Below, in pieces: positions 35,401-44,268 of a stretch of 64,000 nt of DNA. The position numbers were made by a program, and so were the translations under genes. This DNA comes from Longimicrobiales bacterium (GTDB taxonomy: Bacteria > Gemmatimonadota > Gemmatimonadetes > Longimicrobiales > Gaopeijiaceae). Position 1 is the first letter of the stretch. Each line of letters begins with the position of its first letter. Below the pieces are notes generated by a model. It saw only the letters and a list, made by a program, of their open reading frames with translations. It did no database searches and had not been told where the DNA came from. The stretch is from positions 704,001 through 768,000 of the forward strand of contig OZ242008.1 of the NCBI GenBank assembly GCA_965204735.1, read 5' to 3'.

Positions 35401-35752
35401 CGCTCACTCCAACGGGACCGGTCCCGAGCGGTGCAGGGCCTCGTCCTGAGCCTGCAGACGGGGACGGCGGCCTGTAATTCCCTTCCCGCAAGGTCGGGCG
35501 CGACCGCAGAGTCGGTATCCGTGCCTCCGAGGCTTGCCGGTGCTGCCAGGTTGCTCGGCGCACCACGACCGTCCGAGCTGGCAAGCTCAGTGCGCACTGC
35601 GAGCCATCGGGGCAGCAGTGTCCGGACCGTCCGCGTTGGCCTCCACCCGGCCAGAGCTTTGGCCACGGCGACCATCTCGACTCGCGGCCGCCACTGGCCT
35701 TGAAGTGCCCGGGCCAGGGTTCTACTTGGGCTTGACAGGGCTCGGGACTCCA

Positions 35753-36844
35753 TCAGCCTGTATTCTCCAACAATGCCTCGAACGGGTCCTCCGCCTGCTC
35801 CACCGCCGTCTCCAGCTCCCGGACCGCCCTTGCCAGCGAACCGCCGTGCCGCTCCCGGAAGCGCTCGAACTCCGGCAGGCGGTGGTAGTAGCGCATCCGG
35901 CTGAGCAGCGTCGCGTTGTTGAGGGGGCCGGACTCGAAGCGGCTGAAGGCGAGGGAGTTGAAGGCGGGCTGGACCTCGTCTCGGAACCGGGCCAAGTGGC
36001 GTTCGAAGACGAACTCGCGACGGGCGATCTTCTCGTCGCGAGAAAGCCGCGGGTCCCCGTAGACGGCCTCCAGGTCGCCCACCAGTCCGTCGATGAAGGT
36101 CGAGAAGCGCTGCGCGTCGTCCCAGCGGTCCTGGGCGCGGTTGCACCAGACCGTGTCCGGCCCGCCTCCCGCGCGCGTGCAGAAGAACTCGATCGCCGCC
36201 GTTCGTCCCACCCAGGTCGCGAAGCTCTCGTTGAAGCGGACTTGCCCCGGCACGAAGAGGTGGTTGTGGGAGAGTTCGTGGAGCACGGTGACCACAAGCT
36301 CCACCTCGTCGTAGCGGACGACGGTGGAGAGAAGCGGGTCCGAGAACCAGCCCAGCGTGCTGAAGGCGGCCGTGGGGCGGAGCAGCGTGTCCCAGCCCTC
36401 GTCTTCGAGCTCGCCCTGCTCCCGCTGCGCGTCCTCCAAGTCGAAGAACCCTCGGTAGGGGACCCGGCCCACGATCGGGAACCACCACGTCCGCGCCGCC
36501 AGCCGATCCCGGTGCGCGGCGGAGAGGACCATCGCCAGCGTGTCCCGCTCCAACTTCACGTAGGTGGTGTAGCTGTCCCCCACGTCCAGCCCCAGCGTCG
36601 TCATGGCGAACTCGCGCGCCTCCCGGGCCAAGAGCAGCTTGCCCCGGGTGCGCTGGTCGGTGTCGGGGGAGAGGACGACTTCGGGGATCGGACGGCGGGC
36701 GCGGAGGATCTTGGCCTCCTCCCAGCCGGCGCGGATCACGTACCCGGGGGAACAGGCCCCGGGCCACAGCGCCGCGACCACCACGACGGCGGCCGCGACG
36801 CCCGCCGCGAACTTGCGGACGGAGCGGCTCCTAGCTGCCGCCAA
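35753..36844 (-). CDS. Putative zinc aminopeptidase
   Basis: WWFPIVGRVPYRGFF, AFSTLGWFSDP, HELSH (HEXXH), FNESFAT, LNNA. Confidence 0.85.
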   Translation of the reverse strand: MAAARSRSVRKFAAGVAAAVVVVAALWPGACSPGYVIRAGWEEAKILRARRPIPEVVLSPDTDQRTRGKLLLAREAREFAMTTLGLDVGDSYTTYVKLERDTLAMVLSAAHRDRLAARTWWFPIVGRVPYRGFFDLEDAQREQGELEDEGWDTLLRPTAAFSTLGWFSDPLLSTVVRYDEVELVVTVLHELSHNHLFVPGQVRFNESFATWVGRTAAIEFFCTRAGGGPDTVWCNRAQDRWDDAQRFSTFIDGLVGDLEAVYGDPRLSRDEKIARREFVFERHLARFRDEVQPAFNSLAFSRFESGPLNNATLLSRMRYYHRLPEFERFRERHGGSLARAVRELETAVEQAEDPFEALLENTG

Positions 36845-37715
36845 GGCTGCGGATCAGGGGGATGCCCCCTTCGGTCGGCACGTAGACCACCGAGCCGTCG
36901 GGCATCTCCGAGAGCTGCTGGATGTAGAAGAACGTCAGGTACTCCGGCGTCAGCCCTTCCGAGATGATCTGCTGGGCGTCGGCGATTCCCTTGGCCTCCT
37001 CGGCCTGCTGCCGCGCCCGCTCCTGGATGATCTGGGTCTGGAACTCCTCGGCGGCGACCTGCTGCTCCCGCTCCAGCTTCTGCTCGATCGCTTCGCGAAC
37101 CCGCGGCGGGGCCTGGATGTCCCGGACGAACACGTCCACCACGACGATCCGATCCCCTGCCTTGGCCTGGATCTCCTGCTTCATGCTGTTCGCCACCTCG
37201 CGTCGGTCCGGCGAGAAGATCTCGTTGATGGACTTGGTGGCCACCGCGTCGCGAACCCCGTTGCGAACCGCGTTGAGGACGATGTTTCGCTTGATCTGTT
37301 CCTCGGAACCGATCCGGCCGTAGAGATCCGGCGCCGTGGCGCCGTCGATTCGGAAGTTGAGGGAGACGTCCATCTCCACGTTCAGCTGCTCCGAAGTCTG
37401 GGCTTCGATCTTCTCGATGCCGCCCTGGGCCGGGAACGTCTGCTCGCGGACGGACATTCGCTCCACGACGGCCAGCGGGTTGATCAGGTGGACTCCCTGC
37501 ACGATCGGGTCAGGATCCACCCTTTCCAGAAACTTCTTGATCCCCACCTCCCCGACCGGAATGACCACGATCGCGTTCATCCCGAAGAGGCCGAGGCCGA
37601 CGAACATGATGACGTAGCCGGCCAGCTTGTTGGGGATGCCGGTCTTGCTGGTGGGAAGGGAGCGAACGATTGCGCCGATGGCGATGAGTACCACTGCTGC
37701 CGCTGCAAAGCCCAT
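36831..37715 (-). CDS. SPFH/prohibitin (band 7) protein
   Basis: Two TM helices, VIPVGEVG, GVHLINP, VRDIQAP..VREAIEQK, EAKGIADAQ. Confidence 0.9.
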   Translation of the reverse strand: MGFAAAAVVLIAIGAIVRSLPTSKTGIPNKLAGYVIMFVGLGLFGMNAIVVIPVGEVGIKKFLERVDPDPIVQGVHLINPLAVVERMSVREQTFPAQGGIEKIEAQTSEQLNVEMDVSLNFRIDGATAPDLYGRIGSEEQIKRNIVLNAVRNGVRDAVATKSINEIFSPDRREVANSMKQEIQAKAGDRIVVVDVFVRDIQAPPRVREAIEQKLEREQQVAAEEFQTQIIQERARQQAEEAKGIADAQQIISEGLTPEYLTFFYIQQLSEMPDGSVVYVPTEGGIPLIRSLGGS

Positions 37716-37824
37716 GCGGTTCTCCTTGAGGTGTTGGTGATTTCGCGGTGCTGGCGCTTCACGGCCGCGCCCGGCGGCGTGCGCGCCGACGCCTTTCGGC
37801 TACGCAACTCCCGCCCTCCGACCT

Positions 37825-39243
37825 TCAGCGCCTGCGGATCCGGCCGCCGGGGTAGGCCACCGGGCTCTCGTTGCCGTCGGCCCCTACCGCCGCCACGCCG
37901 AAAAGGTAGTTGTCGATGACCAGCCCTTCCAGCGTGAACGACGTTCGGTTGCCCACCCATCGGGAGCGTTGCCACCGGGGCGCCGTGGTGTCCCGCCAGT
38001 AGACCTTGTAGCCGGCAAGTCGAGGGTCGTCCACGGCTTCCCACTCCAGTGCGGCGGACGGCCGCACGGCGCCGCCGATCCGGACGTCGGACGGGGCGGG
38101 AGGCGCCCAGGCAAGCTGCGCCAGGACGGCCGCGTTGAGGGCGGTCATCTTGGCCGCGTAGTCGAAGTCGACCCCCTCCACCACGTCTCCGTAGGCGATG
38201 CCGTTCTCGGTGCGGAGGTCCTGATGCTGCCGCACGTAGTTCTCGTGCGTCTCCATGATGCGCACCGCCGGGAAGCCCGCGTCGTTGAAGGGCCGGTGGT
38301 GGCCGCCGCGGCCGAAGCGGTCCAGGCGGTAGATCATGATCGGGTCCAGGTTGGGGACGTATTCGTCGGCGGTGCGGGCCACGTAGCGCGCAAGCTGGCG
38401 CGAGGGTCCGTCCACCTCGCCGCCGTACACTCGCCGGCGGGCGTGGTCCTGCTCGCTGTCGGTGGCGGGAACCGGCTCGGAGAAGACGCGGAAGGTGTTG
38501 TTCTCGATCACGCCGTCCACGCCCTCGATGTTGCCGATCATGTCGTTGTTGAGCACGCCGACGATCTCCCAGCCCTCCTCGCGGGCGACTCGTGCCATGT
38601 GCCGTCCGCCCCACAGCCCCTGCTCCTCGCCCGAAAGCCCGGCCAGGACCACCGTGCTGCCGAACTCGTGCCCCGCCAGCAGCCGCGCCGCTTCGACGGC
38701 GCCCGCCATGCCCGACGCGTTGTCGTTGGCTCCGGGAGCGTCGGACTCGGCGTCGTAGCTGCTGGACGCCCGCGAGTCGATGTCGCCGGACATGATCACG
38801 TAGCGGTTCGGCGCCACCGTCCCCCGCTTGATCGCCAGCACGTTGACCACCCACGTGTCCTGGGGGATGCGGGGGCTGTCCTCGGCGGTCACCAGGCTCC
38901 GCTGGTAGACGACTTCGTAGCAGCCGCCGCACGCCGCCGAGATGCGGTCGAACTCGGCCTTGATCCAGCGGCGGGCCGCCCCGATGCCGCGGATCTCCGA
39001 CAGGGTGTCCGAGAAGGTGTTGCGGGTGCCGAACCCCGCCAGCCGGCGGATGTCGGCCTCGACGCGCTCGGGGGACGCCGCCTCCACGATCTCGTAGATG
39101 CGGGGGTCCACTTCGGGGGGCGACGCCTGGGCGGCTGCGGGGCGAACGGCCCCTGTCGCGACGGCGAGGACGGCAAAGGCGGCGAGGAGCGCCGGCGGGA
39201 CGAGCCCGGCGAGCGTCGCGGCAGGGTTGGTCGGATAGCTCAT
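37825..39243 (-). CDS. M28 family metallopeptidase, secreted
   Basis: LAGFGTR, SGDIDSR, APGANDNASG, SGEEQGL.G, NNDMIG, GRGGHH; signal peptide; Fn3-like C-terminus. Confidence 0.9.
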   Translation of the reverse strand: MSYPTNPAATLAGLVPPALLAAFAVLAVATGAVRPAAAQASPPEVDPRIYEIVEAASPERVEADIRRLAGFGTRNTFSDTLSEIRGIGAARRWIKAEFDRISAACGGCYEVVYQRSLVTAEDSPRIPQDTWVVNVLAIKRGTVAPNRYVIMSGDIDSRASSSYDAESDAPGANDNASGMAGAVEAARLLAGHEFGSTVVLAGLSGEEQGLWGGRHMARVAREEGWEIVGVLNNDMIGNIEGVDGVIENNTFRVFSEPVPATDSEQDHARRRVYGGEVDGPSRQLARYVARTADEYVPNLDPIMIYRLDRFGRGGHHRPFNDAGFPAVRIMETHENYVRQHQDLRTENGIAYGDVVEGVDFDYAAKMTALNAAVLAQLAWAPPAPSDVRIGGAVRPSAALEWEAVDDPRLAGYKVYWRDTTAPRWQRSRWVGNRTSFTLEGLVIDNYLFGVAAVGADGNESPVAYPGGRIRRR

Positions 39244-39482
39244 CTGGCTCTTCCTGCTTGATTGGAGGTGCCCGGTCCGGCTGCCTTGCCAGTGCTTGAC
39301 ATGCGGGCGCCGCCCGGGCGAAGCTTGCGGAAGCGGCGCATCCTGACTTGGTTGCGGGAGCTGGAGCGGGAGGGCGGCAAGATGGAGAACGTCCGGGCGG
39401 TGCTGCAACCTTCTGTCGGACAACTCGGGCCAGGGAGCATGGAGCGATGAAGGTGGCCGGCCGGCGGAGGCCGTAGAGGCGG

Positions 39483-41063
39483 ATGCGCTACTTCAACACG
39501 TCCGGTCCGGTCGTGGCGGACGACCACTACCACGTCCCGCCCCTCGACCGACTCGACCTTGCCGAGGTCCGGGAGCTGATCGACGACCAGCGGTACTTCG
39601 TGCTTCACGCCCCCCGGCAGACCGGCAAGACGTCGGCCCTGCTGGCGCTCCAGGACCTGCTCAACGCGGAGGGCGGTTGCCGCTGCGTCTACGTCAACGT
39701 CGAAGGCGCCCAGGCGATGCGCGAAGACGTGGAGCGCGCGACTCGGGTCATGCTGGGCCAGATGGCCTTGCGGGCTCGGGACGCGCTTGGCGACGACTTC
39801 TTGTCCGGCGCATGGTCCGGCATCGCCGACGAGTTCCGGGAGGGTGCGCTGGGCGAGGCCCTGTCGCGTTGGGCGGAGGCCGACGAGAGGCCGCTGGTGC
39901 TGCTGATCGACGAGATCGACTCGCTGGTGGGCGACACGCTCCTGTCGGTGCTGCGTCAGCTTCGCGCAGACTATCCCCACCGGCCCGCCAGGTTCCCCCA
40001 GAGCGTGGTCCTGTGCGGTGTCCGGGACGTGCGCGACTACCGCATCTGGTCCAGCTCGGCGAAGACGATGGTCACGGGCGGCAGCGGCTTCAACATCGTG
40101 GCCGAGTCCCTGCGCCTGGCCGACTTCTCCCAGGCCGAGGTGCGCGACCTGCTCGGACAGCACACCGAAGAGACCGGCCAGCCGTTCACCGAAGCCGCGC
40201 TGGACGCGGTCTGGACCCAGACCCAGGGCCAGCCGTGGCTCGTCAACGCCCTGGCCTACGAGACCTGCTTCCGCGGCGACCTGGCCGCCGACCGGTCGCG
40301 ACCCGTGACCGAGGCGGACGTGCTGGATGCCCGCGAGCGGTTGATCCAGCGTCGCGACACCCACCTGGACCAGCTGACCGACAAGCTGCGGGAGGACCGC
40401 GTCCGGCGGGTCGTCGAGCCGCTCCTCGTGGGCGGCGAAGGGTTCGATGCCACGGCCGACGACATCGAGTACGTGCAGGACCTGGGCTTGGTCGCCCGAG
40501 ACGCTCCGCTCCGCTTGGCCAACCCGATCTACGCGGAGGCCGTGCCTCGCCAGCTCACGTGGCCGACCCAGCTCAAGATTCGGGAGGACCCGGCGTGGTA
40601 CGTGGACGCCGACGGCGCGTTGCTGCTGGACAAGCTGCTGGCGCGCTTCCAGGAGTTCTTCCGCGAGAACGCCGAGAGCTGGGTCGAGCGGTTCGACTAC
40701 AAAGAGGCGGGACCGCACCTGCTGCTGCAGGCGTTCTTGCAGCGGGTTGTCAACAGGGGCGGGCGGGTCGAGCGGGAGCACGGGCTGGGCCGAGGGCGCG
40801 CGGACCTGCTGATCCGGTGGCCGGAGGGCGACGAAGCGCGCAGCTACGTGGTCGAGTGCAAGGTTCGCCACGACCGCCGGGGCCTGGAGCGCACCGTGGC
40901 CAAGGGGGTGGAGCAGACGGCGGCCTACATGGACCGCTGCGGGGCCGAAGCGGGGCACCTGGTCGTCTTCGACCGCAGCGACGAGCGCAGCTGGGACGAG
41001 AAGGTCTTCCGCGACGTCCGCACCGCCGAGAGCGGGGCCGAGATCGCCGTGTGGGGGATGTGA
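39483..41063 (+). CDS. P-loop ATPase + C-terminal PD-(D/E)XK nuclease, copy 1
   Basis: Walker A HAPRQTGKTS, Walker B LLIDEID, GRADLLIRW...VVECKV. Confidence 0.9.
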   Translation: MRYFNTSGPVVADDHYHVPPLDRLDLAEVRELIDDQRYFVLHAPRQTGKTSALLALQDLLNAEGGCRCVYVNVEGAQAMREDVERATRVMLGQMALRARDALGDDFLSGAWSGIADEFREGALGEALSRWAEADERPLVLLIDEIDSLVGDTLLSVLRQLRADYPHRPARFPQSVVLCGVRDVRDYRIWSSSAKTMVTGGSGFNIVAESLRLADFSQAEVRDLLGQHTEETGQPFTEAALDAVWTQTQGQPWLVNALAYETCFRGDLAADRSRPVTEADVLDARERLIQRRDTHLDQLTDKLREDRVRRVVEPLLVGGEGFDATADDIEYVQDLGLVARDAPLRLANPIYAEAVPRQLTWPTQLKIREDPAWYVDADGALLLDKLLARFQEFFRENAESWVERFDYKEAGPHLLLQAFLQRVVNRGGRVEREHGLGRGRADLLIRWPEGDEARSYVVECKVRHDRRGLERTVAKGVEQTAAYMDRCGAEAGHLVVFDRSDERSWDEKVFRDVRTAESGAEIAVWGM

Positions 41064-42667
41064 TGTCGCCCCCAGACCCGTCGGCGATGCGCCGCTTCAA
41101 CAGATCCGGTCCGGTAGTGGAGGGGCGCCACTACTGCATCGCGCCCCTCGACCGACTCGACCTTGCCGAGGTCCGGGAGCTGATCGACGACCAGCAGTAC
41201 TTCGTGCTTCACGCCCCCCGGCAGACCGGCAAGACGTCGGCCTTGCTGGCGCTCCAGGACCTGCTCAACGCGGAGGGCGGCTGCCGCTGCGTATACGTCA
41301 ACGTCGAAGGCGCCCAGGCGATGCGCGAAGACGTGGAGCGCGCGACTCGGGTCATGCTGGGCCAGATGGCCTTGCGGGCTCGAGACGCGCTTGGCGACGA
41401 CTTCTTGTCCGGCGCATGGTCTGGCATCGCCGACGAGTTCCGCGACGGTGCGCTGGGAGCGGCCCTGACCCTCTGGGCCGAGGCCGACGCAAGGCCGCTG
41501 GTGCTGCTGATCGACGAGATCGACTCGCTGGTGGGCGACACGCTCCTGTCGGTGCTGCGCCAGCTTCGCGCTGGCTACGACATGCGGCCCGTCAGGTTCC
41601 CCCAGAGCGTGATCCTGTGCGGAGTCCGGGACGTGCGCGACTACCGCATCTGGTCCAGCTCGGAGAAGACGATGGTTGCGGGTGGCAGCGCCTTCAACAT
41701 CAAGGCCGAGTCCCTGCGCCTGGGCGACTTCTCCAAGGACGATGTGCACGACCTGCTCGGACAGCACACCGAGGAGACCGGCCAGCTGTTCACCGAAGCC
41801 GCGCTGGACGCGATCTGGACCCAGACCCAGGGCCAGCCGTGGCTGGTCAACGCCTTGGCCTACGAGACGTGCTTTCGCGGCGAGTTGGCCGCCGACCGGT
41901 CGCGACCCGTGACCGAGGCGGACGTGCTGGATGCCCGCGAGCGGTTGATCCAGCGTCGCGACACGCACCTGGACCAGCTGACCGACAAGCTGCGCGAGGA
42001 CCGCGTCCGGCGGGTCGTCGAGCCGCTCCTCGTGGGCGGCGAAGGGTTCGATGCCACGGCCGACGACATCGAGTACGTGCAGGACCTGGGCTTGGTCGCC
42101 CGAGACGCGCCGCTCCGCTTGGCCAACCCGATCTACGCGGAGGTCGTGCCTCGCCAGCTCACGTGGCCGACCCAGCTCAAGATTCGGGAGGACCCGGCGT
42201 GGTACGTGGACGCCGACGGCGCGTTGCTGCTGGACAAGCTGCTGGCGCGCTTCCAGGAGTTCTTCCGCGAGAACGCCGAGAGCTGGGTCGAGCGGTTCGA
42301 CTACAAGGAGGCCGGACCGCACCTGCTGCTGCAGGCGTTCTTGCAGCGGGTCGTCAACAGCGGCGGGCGGGTCGAGCGGGAGCACGGGCTGGGCCGAGGG
42401 CGCGCGGACCTGCTGATCCGGTGGCCGGAGGGCGACGAAGGGCGCAGCTACGTGGTCGAGTGCAAGGTTCGCCACGACCGCCGGGGCCTGGAGCGGACCG
42501 TGGCCGAGGGGGTGGAGCAGACGGCGGCGTACATGGACCGTTGCGGGGCCGAAGCGGGGCACCTGGTCGTCTTCGACCGCAGCGACGAGCGCAGCTGGGA
42601 CGAGAAGGTGTTCCGCGACGTCCGCACCGCCGAGAGCGGGGCCGAGATCGCTGTGTGGGGGATGTGA
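41063..42667 (+). CDS. P-loop ATPase + PD-(D/E)XK nuclease, copy 2
   Basis: Same motifs; TGATG overlap with copy 1 (alternative ATG at 41087). Confidence 0.9.
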   Translation: MSPPDPSAMRRFNRSGPVVEGRHYCIAPLDRLDLAEVRELIDDQQYFVLHAPRQTGKTSALLALQDLLNAEGGCRCVYVNVEGAQAMREDVERATRVMLGQMALRARDALGDDFLSGAWSGIADEFRDGALGAALTLWAEADARPLVLLIDEIDSLVGDTLLSVLRQLRAGYDMRPVRFPQSVILCGVRDVRDYRIWSSSEKTMVAGGSAFNIKAESLRLGDFSKDDVHDLLGQHTEETGQLFTEAALDAIWTQTQGQPWLVNALAYETCFRGELAADRSRPVTEADVLDARERLIQRRDTHLDQLTDKLREDRVRRVVEPLLVGGEGFDATADDIEYVQDLGLVARDAPLRLANPIYAEVVPRQLTWPTQLKIREDPAWYVDADGALLLDKLLARFQEFFRENAESWVERFDYKEAGPHLLLQAFLQRVVNSGGRVEREHGLGRGRADLLIRWPEGDEGRSYVVECKVRHDRRGLERTVAEGVEQTAAYMDRCGAEAGHLVVFDRSDERSWDEKVFRDVRTAESGAEIAVWGM

Positions 42668-44268
42668 TGTCGCCCCCAGGCCCGCCGGCGGTGCGCCGCT
42701 TCAACAGGTCCGGTCCGGTAGTGGAGGGGCGCCACTACTGCATCGCTCCCCTCGACCGACTCGACCTTGCCGAGGTCCGGGAGCTGATCGACGACCAGCA
42801 GTACTTCGTGCTTCACGCCCCCCGGCAGACCGGCAAGACGTCGGCCTTGCTGGCGCTCCAGGACCTGCTCAACGCGGAGGGCGGCTGCCGTTGCGTCTAC
42901 GTCAACGTCGAAGGCGCACAGGCGATGCGCGAAGACGTGGAGCGCGCGACTCGGGTCATACTGAGCCAGATGGCTCGCCAGGCACGGCGAACGGGCGACG
43001 ACTTCCTGACCGGGGCATGGTCTGAGATCGCCGCCGAACACGGCGCTGATGCGCTGGGCGAGGCCCTGTCGCGCTGGGCCGAGGCCGACGAGAGGCCGCT
43101 GGTGCTGCTGATCGACGAGATCGACTCGCTGGTGGGCGACACGCTCCTGTCGGTGCTGCGCCAGCTTCGCGCAGACTATCCCCACCGGCCCGCCAGGTTC
43201 CCCCAGAGCGTGATCCTGTGCGGCGTCCGCGACGTGCGCGACTGTCGCATCTGGTCCAGCTCGGCAAAGACGATGGTCACGGGCGGCAGCGGCTTCAACA
43301 TCGCGGCCGAGTCCCTGCGCTTGGGCGACTTCTCCCGGGACGAGGTGCACGACCTGCTCGGACAGCACACCGAAGAGACCGGCCAGCCGTTCACCGAAGC
43401 CGGGCTGGACACGATCTGGACCCAGACCCAGGGCCAGCCGTGGCTCGTCAACGCCCTGGCCTACGAGACGTGCTTTCGCGGCGAACTAGCGAAGGACCGG
43501 TCCCGCCCAGTGACCGAGGCGGACGTGCTGGACGCCCGCGAGCAGCTGATCCAGCACCGCGACACCCACCTGGACCAGCTGACCGACAAGCTGCGCGAGG
43601 ACCGCGTGTGGCGAGTCGTCGAACCGCTCCTGACCGGCGCCAGCGAGTCCAGCTACACCGCTCGGGACGTGGAGTACGTTCGGGACCTGGGCCTGATCGC
43701 CCACGCCCCCCCGATCCGCATGGCCAACCCCATCTACGCCGAGGTCGTGCCTCGGGAGCTGACTTGGCTGGCCCAGGACGACCTGCCGCACGACCCAGCC
43801 TGGTACGTGGACGCCTCCGGCGCCTTGCGCCTGGGCAAGCTGCTCGAAGCGTTCCAGGAGTTCTACCGCGAGAACTCGGAGCACTGGGTCGAGCGCTACG
43901 GCTTCAAGGAGGCGGGCCCGCAGCTGCTCTTGCAGGCGTTCCTGCAGCGGGTCGTCAACAGCGGCGGACGGATCGAGCGGGAGTACGCGCTGGGCGGTGG
44001 TCGCACCGACCTGCTGATCGTGTGGCCGCAGAGCGGGCGCGCGAGCAAGCATGTGGTCGAATGCAAGGTTCGCCACGAGCGCCGGGGCCGGGAGCGGACC
44101 GTGGCCGAAGGCGTGGAGCAGACGGCGGCCTACATGGACCGTTGCGGGGCCGAGGCCGGGCACCTGGTCGTCTTCGACCGCAGCGACGAGCGCAGCTGGG
44201 ACGAGAAGGTGTTCCGCGACGTCCGCACCGCCGAGAGCGGGGCCGAGATCGCAGTGTGGGGGATGTGA
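42667..44268 (+). CDS. P-loop ATPase + PD-(D/E)XK nuclease, copy 3
   Basis: Same motifs; TGATG overlap with copy 2; GRTDLLIVW...VVECKV. Confidence 0.9.
   Translation: MSPPGPPAVRRFNRSGPVVEGRHYCIAPLDRLDLAEVRELIDDQQYFVLHAPRQTGKTSALLALQDLLNAEGGCRCVYVNVEGAQAMREDVERATRVILSQMARQARRTGDDFLTGAWSEIAAEHGADALGEALSRWAEADERPLVLLIDEIDSLVGDTLLSVLRQLRADYPHRPARFPQSVILCGVRDVRDCRIWSSSAKTMVTGGSGFNIAAESLRLGDFSRDEVHDLLGQHTEETGQPFTEAGLDTIWTQTQGQPWLVNALAYETCFRGELAKDRSRPVTEADVLDAREQLIQHRDTHLDQLTDKLREDRVWRVVEPLLTGASESSYTARDVEYVRDLGLIAHAPPIRMANPIYAEVVPRELTWLAQDDLPHDPAWYVDASGALRLGKLLEAFQEFYRENSEHWVERYGFKEAGPQLLLQAFLQRVVNSGGRIEREYALGGGRTDLLIVWPQSGRASKHVVECKVRHERRGRERTVAEGVEQTAAYMDRCGAEAGHLVVFDRSDERSWDEKVFRDVRTAESGAEIAVWGM

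Larger units (their letters stand above)
33097..35737 (+). mobile_element. Degenerate IS1202-like element (TGT...ACA ends) with 19-bp target duplication, interrupted by a second IS
   Basis: Flanks gaggtcgggactccatcag (33078-33096) and gggctcgggactccatcag (35738-35756) match 17/19; ends tgtcgtaccaatttagaa vs revcomp tgtcaagcccaagtagaa match 12/18. Confidence 0.6.

Noticed and set aside
39296..39325. TTGACA upstream of the ATPase array as a promoter
   Set aside because: No plausible -10 element at 16-18 bp spacing
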